Source: a virus. From it: a stretch of DNA of 52,467 bases. Location of the stretch: positions 1-52,467 of the IMG/VR virus record IMGVR_UViG_3300020215_000009. One strand, given 5' to 3'. Shown piece by piece: positions 14,969 to 23,976 of the stretch. The notes below the pieces were generated by a model, which was not told where the DNA came from, ran no database searches, and was given only the letters and a program-made list of their open reading frames with translations. A program made the translations under genes and the position numbers. Positions within the stretch are counted from its first letter, which is position 1. Every line of letters begins with the position of its first letter.

Positions 14969-15718
14969 ATGAGGCTCAAGCCGTTCTTCAGCTACTACGG
15001 AAGCAAGCACCGGATTGCGCGGCTGTATCCCGAACCGCAGACGGGCAGGATTATAGACTGCTGCTGTGGATCGGCGGCGTACCCTCTTCTGCACTTCCGG
15101 CGCAAGGTGCTTCTTACAGACGCGAATCCGCGGGTTGCCGGAGTGTGGGATTTCCTGATTCGTGCATCTGTAGCGGAGATCCGGACGCTTCCCGTGCTGG
15201 CGAACGGAGAGGGCGTAGACGCGCTGAACGTCCCGCAGGAAGCCAAGTGGTTGATAGGATTCAACCTCGCTCGCGGCCGTGCTCACCCGGCGAAGACTCC
15301 GAGCGCGTGGCGAACAGACCAGTGGAAATCCTCGCACTTCTGGGGCGAAGCGATCAGGGAGCGAATCGCGAGACAGGTCCCTTTCATCCGGCATTGGAAA
15401 GTGCGTTGCGCGAATTATTGGGAAGCTCCTGACGTGGAAGCGGACTGGTTCTTCGATCCTCCCTATCAGGGCCGGGCAGGACGCCAGTACAGGCGCTTCG
15501 GCTCAGACAACTTTGATTACGAGGCGGCCGGACGCTGGGCACAGGAGCGGCGTGGGCAGGTGATCGCCTGCGAGAACGTCGGCGCCACCTGGCTTCCATT
15601 CCAACCGTTCCGGCGAGCTACGGGAATGCAAGGAGCTAACCGCACGGGCGTCTCTCACGAAGCGATCTGGCATCGGCCGCTTTATTCCACTCAGCAAGCG
15701 GACCTGTTCGCCGCATGA
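14969..15718 (+). CDS. Dam-like (D12-class) N6-adenine DNA methyltransferase (249 aa)
   Basis: Track ORF 14873..15718 trimmed to ATG 14969; FFSYYGSKHRIA, IIDCCCGSAAY (AdoMet motif I-like), FFDPPY catalytic motif. Confidence 0.75.
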   Translation: MRLKPFFSYYGSKHRIARLYPEPQTGRIIDCCCGSAAYPLLHFRRKVLLTDANPRVAGVWDFLIRASVAEIRTLPVLANGEGVDALNVPQEAKWLIGFNLARGRAHPAKTPSAWRTDQWKSSHFWGEAIRERIARQVPFIRHWKVRCANYWEAPDVEADWFFDPPYQGRAGRQYRRFGSDNFDYEAAGRWAQERRGQVIACENVGATWLPFQPFRRATGMQGANRTGVSHEAIWHRPLYSTQQADLFAA

Positions 15719-16596
15719 CGCTTCGTCCGCGCAGGGTGCACCTGATCCCGCCGGTCTCCTACCAGGGCGGCAAGCGCAGGCAGGCGCCGGAGATCGTGCG
15801 CCACATGGCGCTGGACCCGGAGACGCCGTTTTACGACCTCTGTTGCGGGAGCGGCGCGGTGTCGCTGGAACTCATCTCGCGAGGACACAACCCGGCCAAG
15901 ATCACGATGGTGGACGCAGGGCCGTGGGGAGACGTGTGGAGGCTGGTGGGAGCGGGAGAATTTGGTGTTTCCGCGCTGGAGCAGGTCGCCCAGCCGTTAC
16001 TTCGCGCACGGAAACATGATCCGGCAATTCCTAATTTGCTCGCTCGGCTCGCAGAAGACTATCCACCTTCCCATCGTCTCGCGCCTTACGCATTTCTTTT
16101 GATGCAATCGGGAGCATTTGGTTGCAAGGCAATTTCGGTCTTTAGCGAGCGGTGGCGTATACCCGGTTGGAGCACGCCTGGAGATCGTCAGCATCCGCCA
16201 TTGATTCCTGAGCCGGACGTTCTTCTTGGTCGCATGGACATAATATGCCGTTATGGGAAAGGTATAACCGGGATCAAAGCATGCGCAACTTCCCTCCTAC
16301 CGCAGGCGGGCGCAGTTGTCTATGTGGACCCCGACTACAAGGGATCAACCTCCTATGGCCACTCGCTAAACCCGGCGGAGGTCACGAGCTTATGGGCTGA
16401 AAACGCTGTCTACGTATCTGAGCAAATTCCGCTCAGTTCGTCCGCTAGACTGATCCGTAGCAGGAAGCGCGGCGGAATAACCGGCCTAAGCACCAACAAG
16501 GTCGCGACGACTGAGTATCTGTCTTTGTTCAACGCCGACTGGCCCACGCCCGATGTTGACCGTGTCCAGCAAATGAGTCTATTTGAGGGCTTCTGA
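15715..16596 (+). CDS. second Dam-like N6-adenine DNA methyltransferase with a variant DPDY motif (293 aa); 3' two thirds visibly lower in GC
   Basis: SYQGGKRR, FYDLCCGSGAVSLEL, VYVDPDY; ATGA overlap with the first methyltransferase. Confidence 0.65.
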   Translation: MTLRPRRVHLIPPVSYQGGKRRQAPEIVRHMALDPETPFYDLCCGSGAVSLELISRGHNPAKITMVDAGPWGDVWRLVGAGEFGVSALEQVAQPLLRARKHDPAIPNLLARLAEDYPPSHRLAPYAFLLMQSGAFGCKAISVFSERWRIPGWSTPGDRQHPPLIPEPDVLLGRMDIICRYGKGITGIKACATSLLPQAGAVVYVDPDYKGSTSYGHSLNPAEVTSLWAENAVYVSEQIPLSSSARLIRSRKRGGITGLSTNKVATTEYLSLFNADWPTPDVDRVQQMSLFEGF

Positions 16597-16636
16597 AGCA
16601 CCGAACACCATTCGGCCAAGCCTAACACTTCCGCGC

Positions 16637-16649
16637 GTTTTGGCCGTGT
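16637..16649. repeat. 13-nt direct repeat gttttggccgtgt, left copy flanking the HNH gene
   Basis: Identical to 17323-17335. Confidence 0.85.
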
Positions 16650-16719
16650 ACACACGAAAGCCTTGCGCTCGTTCGCCCTAGGCGCCAGTATTTTAAGGTT
16701 ACGAACAAAGGAATGCATC

Positions 16720-17247
16720 GTGGGCCTAAATTATTATCAGAAGTACATTTCCTCTCCTGAATGGCGCGCCGTTCGGAGCCGCATCATCATACGAGCTAAA
16801 GGGAAGTGCGAGAGATGCGGCCGACGTTGCCACTCGCCGCAGGTTCACCACAAAACATATATTCGTCTCGGGCGGGATTTGGACAGCGATTTAATCGCTC
16901 TCTGTGCTTCTTGCCATCAGAAGGAACATCCTGATAAGGAGATCCTACCTCAGTACCCTTCGTTTGTAGGGACGAATCCGTGTAAAATATGCCCCTGCGA
17001 GGTTGCCGAGATATTTGCGGTACAAGATGGCGGAGCACGCTATCTGCTCCTCATCTGCACCGAATGCGGGGAGATGGAACGGAAGGATCTCAGACCGCGT
17101 CCACCACGACGGCGCAAAGCCAAGAATAAGAAGCAAAAGGTGAAGGCGGACCCGTTCGCCGTGACACGGAAGCGCCAAGCGGCCAGAGAACAGGCGGCGA
17201 TTGCAAGAGGCCGGGCGAAACTCGGCCTGCCACCCAAGGTCGGGTAG
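16720..17247 (+). CDS. HNH endonuclease (175 aa)
   Basis: Track ORF 16663..17247 trimmed to GTG 16720 after aaaggaatgcatc; CERCGRRCHSPQVHHKTY...LCASCHQKEH; basic C-terminal tail. Confidence 0.7.
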   Translation: MGLNYYQKYISSPEWRAVRSRIIIRAKGKCERCGRRCHSPQVHHKTYIRLGRDLDSDLIALCASCHQKEHPDKEILPQYPSFVGTNPCKICPCEVAEIFAVQDGGARYLLLICTECGEMERKDLRPRPPRRRKAKNKKQKVKADPFAVTRKRQAAREQAAIARGRAKLGLPPKVG

Positions 17248-17322
17248 GAGGGATTCTGGAAGCGGAAAGAAGTGTTCGGCTTTGCAGCATGCCCTTCGGC
17301 GAACCGAATGTACTAGATATAT

Positions 17323-17335
17323 GTTTTGGCCGTGT
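17323..17335. repeat. 13-nt direct repeat gttttggccgtgt, right copy
   Basis: Identical to 16637-16649. Confidence 0.85.
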
Positions 17336-17557
17336 TCTGGTGTAGTCGGCCTGTATACCTTGTTTCTACTACCTTACCCGTCTATTCTTCACGAATCCAC
17401 CCGTTGCACGAAGCGTTGAAGGCGCTCGCACAGCCGGGTGAACCGGGAGAGGGACTTAGCTCTCTCCTGAACAGAACGCACGCCTGAGGAGCGGCGCCTG
17501 TTTATGGCTGATCTATTTCAAAGGGCGTGCCAACCGACCTACCTGAGGAGGTCAATT

Positions 17558-18091
17558 ATGAAGAGGCTGAGACACGCGCTCGCCGCCCTGTTCGGGATGG
17601 CGGGCATTCTTATCGCCATCGGCGGCTGTAAGAACTCCACCGAGCCTGATCGGCCAGAATTCGATCCTCCCACTACCGTCGCCCGCGTGACGGATGCGGA
17701 GTTCGCCGCCCTCTCCGCGCGTGTGGCGGCACTGGAAGCTGCGGTGGATCTCAATGACAGCCCCGACGCAATCTTCTTCAGGGTTCACGGAGAGGAAGTC
17801 GCGCAGATGCACAACAGCAACAACGTGCGTGGCATGTACGTTCCGGGCAGGCTCCAGGTGGACGGCCTCGGCAACGCATTTGCCCTTACAGTCGGTGGGG
17901 ACGCACAGTTTGCCGGTGGGAACATCTTTAAGCCCGCCACTCTGAACGCGAAGAATCAGACCACCCTTACGCTGTATTACGCGATCTACAATCCGTTCAA
18001 CGGCACGTACTCCACCACGCCCCGCAACATCTACGTGGGGGGCGCGAACAGCGGAGGAACGGGCTGGCGCACTCTCTTGGTGGAGAACTAG
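17558..18091 (+). CDS. lipoprotein with a fibre-like body (177 aa)
   Basis: Track ORF 17504..18091 trimmed to ATG 17558 after gaggaggtcaatt; signal peptide plus lipobox LIAIGGC; coiled AEFAALSARVAALEAAV; Gly/Asn-rich beta region. Confidence 0.65.
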   Translation: MKRLRHALAALFGMAGILIAIGGCKNSTEPDRPEFDPPTTVARVTDAEFAALSARVAALEAAVDLNDSPDAIFFRVHGEEVAQMHNSNNVRGMYVPGRLQVDGLGNAFALTVGGDAQFAGGNIFKPATLNAKNQTTLTLYYAIYNPFNGTYSTTPRNIYVGGANSGGTGWRTLLVEN

Positions 18092-21000
18092 TTCGCGATC
18101 CGGAGCATTCGGAATCCCGGCCCTCCGGAATCAGCAGCGCCGACTACAACGCGGCGGGTCTCCACCACGCCCGCCGCGTTTTTCAACTCCACTTCTAGTC
18201 TGGTCTGGCTGTTTGCAAGAGCCGCATAGTTACGGAAAGCATTGTTACCGAAGGTGCAATCATGCCCACCGTCCACAGAAAACCCGGCCGCTCCAGTGGC
18301 GCCTAGACCAGGCGCGGGGCTGACAATCAGTCGGCCGTTGATTGTTACCCCGCGCACGGTCGCATCCTGACGGTACGCCGCCAAAATCATATCGGAGGAC
18401 CCGGTCCCCGTTGGAAAGAGGAATGCCACGTTGGCCGTTCCAGAAACGTCAACTGAGTCCAGCCGCGCGAACTCGGTTCCGGCATTGGTGAACTGAACCT
18501 CTCCCGTTCCCGCGAGTTGTACCTTGAGTGTTCCGGTGAACAGCGCGTTGATCGCCGCCAGGTCGCTGACGCTGATCTTCGGGGCCGTAATCGCGCCGTC
18601 GCGGATCAACACGCCCGGGAGCACTTCTTCGATCCGGGCGTCCTGAACTTCGCCGTACCCGACCGTCCCTTCATAGTTGATCCCGATCACCAGCGACATA
18701 GTGACGGCACCCGCCGGGATCGCGTAGGAGGAGCCCGCGCCGAAGGTTCCCGTGTACTCAGTCCAGTTCGACCCCGGATTCACGCCTCCCACCCCGTACA
18801 CCCCCACGTTCGTCCCTGACGCATTCCAGAAGTGCACTTGCAGGTGGTGCACACCGTTGCCTCCGACGCTGCGCGCCCAATCGTGAATACGGTATTGTTT
18901 CGTCGGGTCCACGGGGATGCGTTTGATGTCCTGCGCGAGCCACTGCGTGTTGGCCGTGTTCCGGAGCGCAGTCGTGCCCACCTTGCCGTTGGTGATGGTC
19001 ACCACCGTCCCCCCGCCCACGCTGGTCGGGTAGTTGGCCCACGCGGATGCGTCCGACGTGTTCGGGTCGCTGTTCAGCGCCGCGCCGCCGAAGCCCACGG
19101 CCAGGTGCTTCACTCCGATGCTCCCGGCCGCCAGCGCGCCGAACACGGCAGCAGCAGCCGAGAGGATGCCCACGCGTAGCGAGTCGAGATCGGCCTGAGT
19201 CGCCGTGATCGTGTTCGCCGTGATCTTGTTCCCGTGCAGCTCCGTAATCATGGCGTTGGTGACGGACAGGTCGGGGATGAAGAGTCCGCCCCGGATCGTC
19301 TTGCCCGGCGGGATCACCCGCCCGTCGAACAGGTACAGCGCGCCGTTGTCACCGCTGTGGACCGCGATCAGCAGGTCCGTGTAGCCTGAGGTAGGCGAAG
19401 GCGGCGCGTAGGTATTGAAAGCGGTCACGAAGTATCCCACGGTGCCCGCACCCATGGCCGTATTGGCGTGGGTCTGGTCTCCACCGATCAGGACCCGGAA
19501 GTACAGCGCGTTGTTCGCCGGAATGCTGATGTTGGAGAACGGCCCAAAGCCAAACCACCCATTCGAGGCGAGCGCGTTGGGCAGCGAGCGCAGTTGCACC
19601 GTCCAACTGAACAGGAAACCCGTCGTCCACGTCATGTCCCCGCCGCCGGAGATGGGCGCCTGGGCCTTGCTCTGCACTTGCCTGGCGAACGCGCTACCAG
19701 GATTCAACTGTGCATCCCCCACGGCGGAGCCCGCGATCTGCGCGCCGCCTACCTGTCCGAGCATCTGCGCGGCCTCCTGGAGCGCCACCCATTCCGTCCC
19801 ACTCCAGGCCGCCAGCCGCTTGTTGCCCGCCGTGCCCTGGTAGTTGGTGATGAGGATCACGGATTCCGGGTTGGCCGGGGGTCGCGGCGCGTCCGCCCAA
19901 GTGTAGGTCGCGATCACCTGCGCGGCCGCCGCTGCGGCTGCGGCTTCGGTGAAGATCGGCACGCCCGACACGTCCAGACCGGCCGTGCGGAGCGTGCCAA
20001 GCACGTCCAGGTCCCCGGACAGCGTCGAGTCCCCGCTTACCGTCAGGTTCTCGCCAATGTCCAGGTCCCCGTGCACGTCCAGGTTATTGAACCGCTGGCT
20101 GTAGAGCTTCCAGCGGGCGTGCGCCGACGTGTTGCCGTACAGCACGTCCACGTCGTTCTGGCTGGCGGAGACCGCGACGTTCACCATCCCGAGATTGGGC
20201 CCCTCGCAGAGGTCGACGCTCGGCGCGTAGATGGCCCCGAACGGGCACTCGATGTTCACCCCGGCGCGAGAGTCCGCGCTCTCGTTCCAGATGAGTTTCA
20301 CGGGCGAGGTGCCCGTCACCACCGTGCTGGTCTTCACATGCCCGCCGTACCACTCGACATACGTGCTGGTCTCGGACAGCAGGTGGAAGATGCCCAGTCT
20401 GGTGGGGCTCCCTCCCGCATACCCGTTCCGCGCATACGCCCAGCAGTTCAGGAACCGGGTGATCCCCGACCCGCCGCCGCCGGAGCACTCGAAGACGAAC
20501 ACGGGGAGGTTGTTGGCGCCGGGCGGGTCCACGTTCACGAAGAACTGGCAGTTGATGAGGTGGGAAGAGAAGTCCGAGAGCGTCTGAATGAAGCAGGCCG
20601 AGCGGGTCACGTTGGAGCGCACGACAATCAACCCGTTGACCGTGCATCCGCTGTCTACCGTCAGCGTTCCATAGAGCGTCACGGCCTCCGCGTTCAGGAT
20701 GATCCCGCCCGGCACCGTCACGTTCTCCGTGAAGGTCTGACCGCCGCGAACGTTGATGACCCACGGAGAAGTGTAGTACGCCCCCTGCGCAACCGCGTGG
20801 GCGATTGCCGCTTGAATGGTGGTGAAGTCGCCCTCGCCGCCCGCGTCCACGGCCAGCACCGGCTCCGTCACGGGTGTCGGCTCCGCCTCGCGGGTCAGCT
20901 GCACGCCCTGGCCCGTGGTGCCGGAGACGGCCGATCCGGTCCAGCCGCTCCAGGGCTCCGCCAGGATGGTAAGGCTCTGGTCAGCTCCGAAGGTGAGGGC

Positions 21001-23286
21001 CAGCGTCGTGTTCAGGGCGCTCCCCGCGCGGTCCACGAACGTGGTCAGGACTCCTGGATCGGCGCCCGTCGCGTGGACCTTGTAGTAGATCCGCACCCCT
21101 GCCGCGTAGTCGTTCGGCGTCCACAGGACCGTCGCCACCCCGCTTGTATCCAAGACCAGCGAGAGCGCCAGGAAGCGGGGAGTGGCAGGAAGCGTGACGG
21201 ACTGAGGAGTCGTGTAGGCGCTGGGGCGGCGTCCCGTGGCTTCGCTCCGGGCGCGCACCCATACCACCTGCCCCGCGCCCAGCACGGGGCCCCTAAGTGT
21301 GGTCGGCGTTGCGGTGCGGCCCATGAACGTCCAGAGGCCGGAGTCGGCCGCAGGGGCGAGCGCGGAGACCGCGAACTCCACCACGGCTTCGGCACCGCTC
21401 GGAATGGCCGTCACGGCCACGGAAACGACACCCGCCGCGTCCGCGGTCGGTGCCCCTACTGTCGGGACAGCCAGCGGGTTGTTCGCGGCGCCTGCGTCGA
21501 TTGCGACCAGTTCCCGGTATGCGGGATTCACGTCCTGGATGGATACCACCTGGGCCAGCCGGTCGCTGCCCCGGATGCCGGTCGCGTAGTCGGGGAAGTG
21601 CCCCACCTGCACCTGCACCCAATCCCCGGGCCTCAAGGCCGCCGTGGCCGTCCTGGTGGCCCGGATGCGCATGGTCTGCGCTCCGTTCACGAAGCGGTCT
21701 AGCGCCTGCCTGGCCCTCTGTTCCGCCAGCAGGTGCCCCGTCTCGTGCACCGTGTCGCCGCCCCACGGCCTGCCCTTCACGCCCCCGATGGAGGTCAAGG
21801 TCACCGGCTCGATGTCGAGGCGCTGTTCCCCGTGAATCGCGACACTGGTTTCATCGGAGTGCTCCACATGCACGTCCAGGGAGAGAATCCCGTCACCGCT
21901 GGAGAGCACGCCGAAGGGATCGTCCTCCGGCAGCATCCGGAACTCGCGCGTGTACTTGAGGTGCACCACGTTGACCACGCCTTCGGCCGGGTGACTCCAG
22001 GTGGAGGCGGGCGTGGTGTTCGCGTCCGTCAGGACGGTGATCGTGGTTCCGGAGCCGGGTAGTGCGTAGCGGACGGGTGAGACCGCGCCGTCCGCGTTGA
22101 TGGCCGGCGCCGCCCCTAAGGGCTGGTAGATATGCTTCTCCACCCATTCCCGGAGGTTGTCCACCGGCTCCGTGACCCGCGCCCGGAGCGGCGTCGTGAG
22201 CGCCGACACGGCGGTGGAGTCGTACCGGATCGGGATAGTGCCAGTGGGCGAGTAGTCACCGTCGTACAGCGCCGCCAGGAACGCCCCGAACGTGGTCTCG
22301 TCTACGTGGAGCGGGTAGGTCTCCGTGGGGGGGCCACGATAGCGCACGATCACGTCAATAGAGGCCCCATTGGCGGGGACGGCGGGAGAGGTCCCCGTGC
22401 CCGTGGCCGTCATGCGAATACCCGTAATGACTGTCACCTGCGTCTCGGCCACCGTCAGGTTGAGCGCGCCGGCCTGGATTTTCACGCCCCTCTGGATCTG
22501 GAAGAGGCCGGCTTCATAGGTCAGATTCAGGGCCGCGAAGTCCGGTAGGCTCATCTCCACCAGTTCCGTCCACGCGCCACCCGCCGCCGGCCTCCACATC
22601 ACCGTGGCGTGCTTGAGGACGCGCGCCTGCCTCGCTTCGTCCCACTCCGGTTCGATGGCTTGGCGGATGTCCTCCGTCAGTATGTGCTCCGCCCTGAGGT
22701 ACTGTTGGGCGGTGAAAGCGACCGCCCCCGCCGTGGAAGACGAGCGCGTGAACGTTCCACGCGCGGGAGTGGTGGGCGGGATCAGCCAGGTGCCATTGGG
22801 CAGCTTCCCGTACCCGTTCAGCACGCCGCGGGGGAAGACCGTGGGCGTGTCGGTGATCTGGAAGGCCCTGGTCTTGCGCGCCCGCTCGTTCTCGTCGCGG
22901 AGCGGGAGCGTGTAGGATGTCTTCTCGTCGTTGAGTTCCACGCCGCCGATCACGCCGTCCTGCTGCACGATCCACGCGCCGTCCACGTAGCGGCGCAGCC
23001 TCGCCCGCCGCCCGTTCAGCGCGCTTTCGCCGGCCGCGCCTAAAAGCGCCGTGAACCAGCCCGTGCGCTGGTCGGTGGGCACGGTCCGCTTGTCCAGGAC
23101 GCGGATGTTGGTCTGACCGATCACCGCCGTCCCGCGGGCCAGGTCCACTTCGCTCTCCGCCCATTCGTCGGGGAGAAAGAGATAGGGCCGGGCGTGCGTG
23201 GCGTTGGTGGAGCAATCGGTCAAAACCGAACCGTCCTCCCGCCACACGGTCAGTTCGGCTTCGCCTTCGATAGGAGCATAGGGCAT
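18088..23286 (-). CDS. giant tail fibre / tailspike-host specificity protein (1,732 aa)
   Basis: Track ORF 18088..23361 trimmed to ATG 23286. Last gene of the tail module, after the tape measure. Central GGEGDFTTIQAAIAHA...GIILNAEAVTLYGTLTVDSGCTVNGLIVV looks like a right-handed beta-helix. Ala8 linker, then a beta-rich C-terminal domain. Confidence 0.75.
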   Translation of the reverse strand: MPYAPIEGEAELTVWREDGSVLTDCSTNATHARPYLFLPDEWAESEVDLARGTAVIGQTNIRVLDKRTVPTDQRTGWFTALLGAAGESALNGRRARLRRYVDGAWIVQQDGVIGGVELNDEKTSYTLPLRDENERARKTRAFQITDTPTVFPRGVLNGYGKLPNGTWLIPPTTPARGTFTRSSSTAGAVAFTAQQYLRAEHILTEDIRQAIEPEWDEARQARVLKHATVMWRPAAGGAWTELVEMSLPDFAALNLTYEAGLFQIQRGVKIQAGALNLTVAETQVTVITGIRMTATGTGTSPAVPANGASIDVIVRYRGPPTETYPLHVDETTFGAFLAALYDGDYSPTGTIPIRYDSTAVSALTTPLRARVTEPVDNLREWVEKHIYQPLGAAPAINADGAVSPVRYALPGSGTTITVLTDANTTPASTWSHPAEGVVNVVHLKYTREFRMLPEDDPFGVLSSGDGILSLDVHVEHSDETSVAIHGEQRLDIEPVTLTSIGGVKGRPWGGDTVHETGHLLAEQRARQALDRFVNGAQTMRIRATRTATAALRPGDWVQVQVGHFPDYATGIRGSDRLAQVVSIQDVNPAYRELVAIDAGAANNPLAVPTVGAPTADAAGVVSVAVTAIPSGAEAVVEFAVSALAPAADSGLWTFMGRTATPTTLRGPVLGAGQVVWVRARSEATGRRPSAYTTPQSVTLPATPRFLALSLVLDTSGVATVLWTPNDYAAGVRIYYKVHATGADPGVLTTFVDRAGSALNTTLALTFGADQSLTILAEPWSGWTGSAVSGTTGQGVQLTREAEPTPVTEPVLAVDAGGEGDFTTIQAAIAHAVAQGAYYTSPWVINVRGGQTFTENVTVPGGIILNAEAVTLYGTLTVDSGCTVNGLIVVRSNVTRSACFIQTLSDFSSHLINCQFFVNVDPPGANNLPVFVFECSGGGGSGITRFLNCWAYARNGYAGGSPTRLGIFHLLSETSTYVEWYGGHVKTSTVVTGTSPVKLIWNESADSRAGVNIECPFGAIYAPSVDLCEGPNLGMVNVAVSASQNDVDVLYGNTSAHARWKLYSQRFNNLDVHGDLDIGENLTVSGDSTLSGDLDVLGTLRTAGLDVSGVPIFTEAAAAAAAAQVIATYTWADAPRPPANPESVILITNYQGTAGNKRLAAWSGTEWVALQEAAQMLGQVGGAQIAGSAVGDAQLNPGSAFARQVQSKAQAPISGGGDMTWTTGFLFSWTVQLRSLPNALASNGWFGFGPFSNISIPANNALYFRVLIGGDQTHANTAMGAGTVGYFVTAFNTYAPPSPTSGYTDLLIAVHSGDNGALYLFDGRVIPPGKTIRGGLFIPDLSVTNAMITELHGNKITANTITATQADLDSLRVGILSAAAAVFGALAAGSIGVKHLAVGFGGAALNSDPNTSDASAWANYPTSVGGGTVVTITNGKVGTTALRNTANTQWLAQDIKRIPVDPTKQYRIHDWARSVGGNGVHHLQVHFWNASGTNVGVYGVGGVNPGSNWTEYTGTFGAGSSYAIPAGAVTMSLVIGINYEGTVGYGEVQDARIEEVLPGVLIRDGAITAPKISVSDLAAINALFTGTLKVQLAGTGEVQFTNAGTEFARLDSVDVSGTANVAFLFPTGTGSSDMILAAYRQDATVRGVTINGRLIVSPAPGLGATGAAGFSVDGGHDCTFGNNAFRNYAALANSQTRLEVELKNAAGVVETRRVVVGAADSGGPGFRMLRIAN

Positions 23287-23314
23287 CAGAGGTCTCGATA
23301 AGGTGAAACGCGCG

Positions 23315-23950
23315 TTACTCAATTCGCCAGGGCAGTGGGGAGTCGAACAACTCCGGCTCACCGACTACGCTCACGTGGAGGTGATGGACGTGCTGATTCT
23401 CTCCCGTGTATTCCTGCGGCTTCCAGGCGGCAGGGGAGCGCTTGGTGACGTAACTGCGCCAGATCTTGCCGTTGAAGATCAAATACTTGACGCGCGGGTC
23501 CCGGAAGGCGACGATGCGCGACACCAGGCGCCGGCAATCGCAGCCGCGCGCGGGATCGTGCGTGATGTCCAGCGCGGTGACCACGCCCTTCGCCTCACCC
23601 GTTGGATCAGCGACGTGCGGATTGTGGTCCGACTCCCGGCTCTGGTGAGCGGCATCTCCAATGGAGCCGTCGTACTTGTGGCTCCGGTGCGGGGCGATCC
23701 GGTTCACCTGCGAGAGCAAGACTTGCAGTGACCGCGCGACCCGCCAGCCGCGTACGGGAGCGACAGGCTTCACATAGTCGCCATGCACCCAACCGATGCG
23801 GCGGTCCCCGGTCTCCACCTTTCGCCAGACACCTTCGGTTCCCAACAGAGTAAGGGACGCTCCCTTGCCGAGCGGACAGCCAATCCTCTGGCTGGCGGCA
23901 TCGGGGGCGGAGCGCAGGTTGACGGCGGAAGCGGTGACTTTTAGGATCAT
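23315..23950 (-). CDS. SH3b-domain putative peptidoglycan hydrolase (tail-associated lysin or endolysin, 211 aa)
   Basis: Track ORF trimmed to ATG 23950; VTASAVNLRSAPDAAS...GVWRKVETGDRRIGWVHGDYV is a bacterial SH3 pattern; C-terminal GDAAHQSRESDHNPH...HHLHVS. Confidence 0.5.
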   Translation of the reverse strand: MILKVTASAVNLRSAPDAASQRIGCPLGKGASLTLLGTEGVWRKVETGDRRIGWVHGDYVKPVAPVRGWRVARSLQVLLSQVNRIAPHRSHKYDGSIGDAAHQSRESDHNPHVADPTGEAKGVVTALDITHDPARGCDCRRLVSRIVAFRDPRVKYLIFNGKIWRSYVTKRSPAAWKPQEYTGENQHVHHLHVSVVGEPELFDSPLPWRIE

Positions 23951-23976
23951 CGGTAGGGGTGTTCCACGTGAAACGT

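Noticed and set aside
18088-18400. Diversity-generating retroelement targeting the fibre C-terminus
   Set aside because: No reverse-transcriptase-sized ORF is present anywhere. I found no template-repeat copy of the fibre 3' end, including in the 3387-4441 non-coding region.
19468-21702. 744-aa ORF on the + strand inside the fibre gene (with similar long antisense ORFs at 29449..31113, 35294..36409, 24104..24832 and 24471..25016)
   Set aside because: The translations are Arg/Gly/Pro/His-rich low-complexity sequence. This is typical of stop-poor shadow frames in GC-rich DNA, and each lies entirely antisense to a well-supported structural gene.
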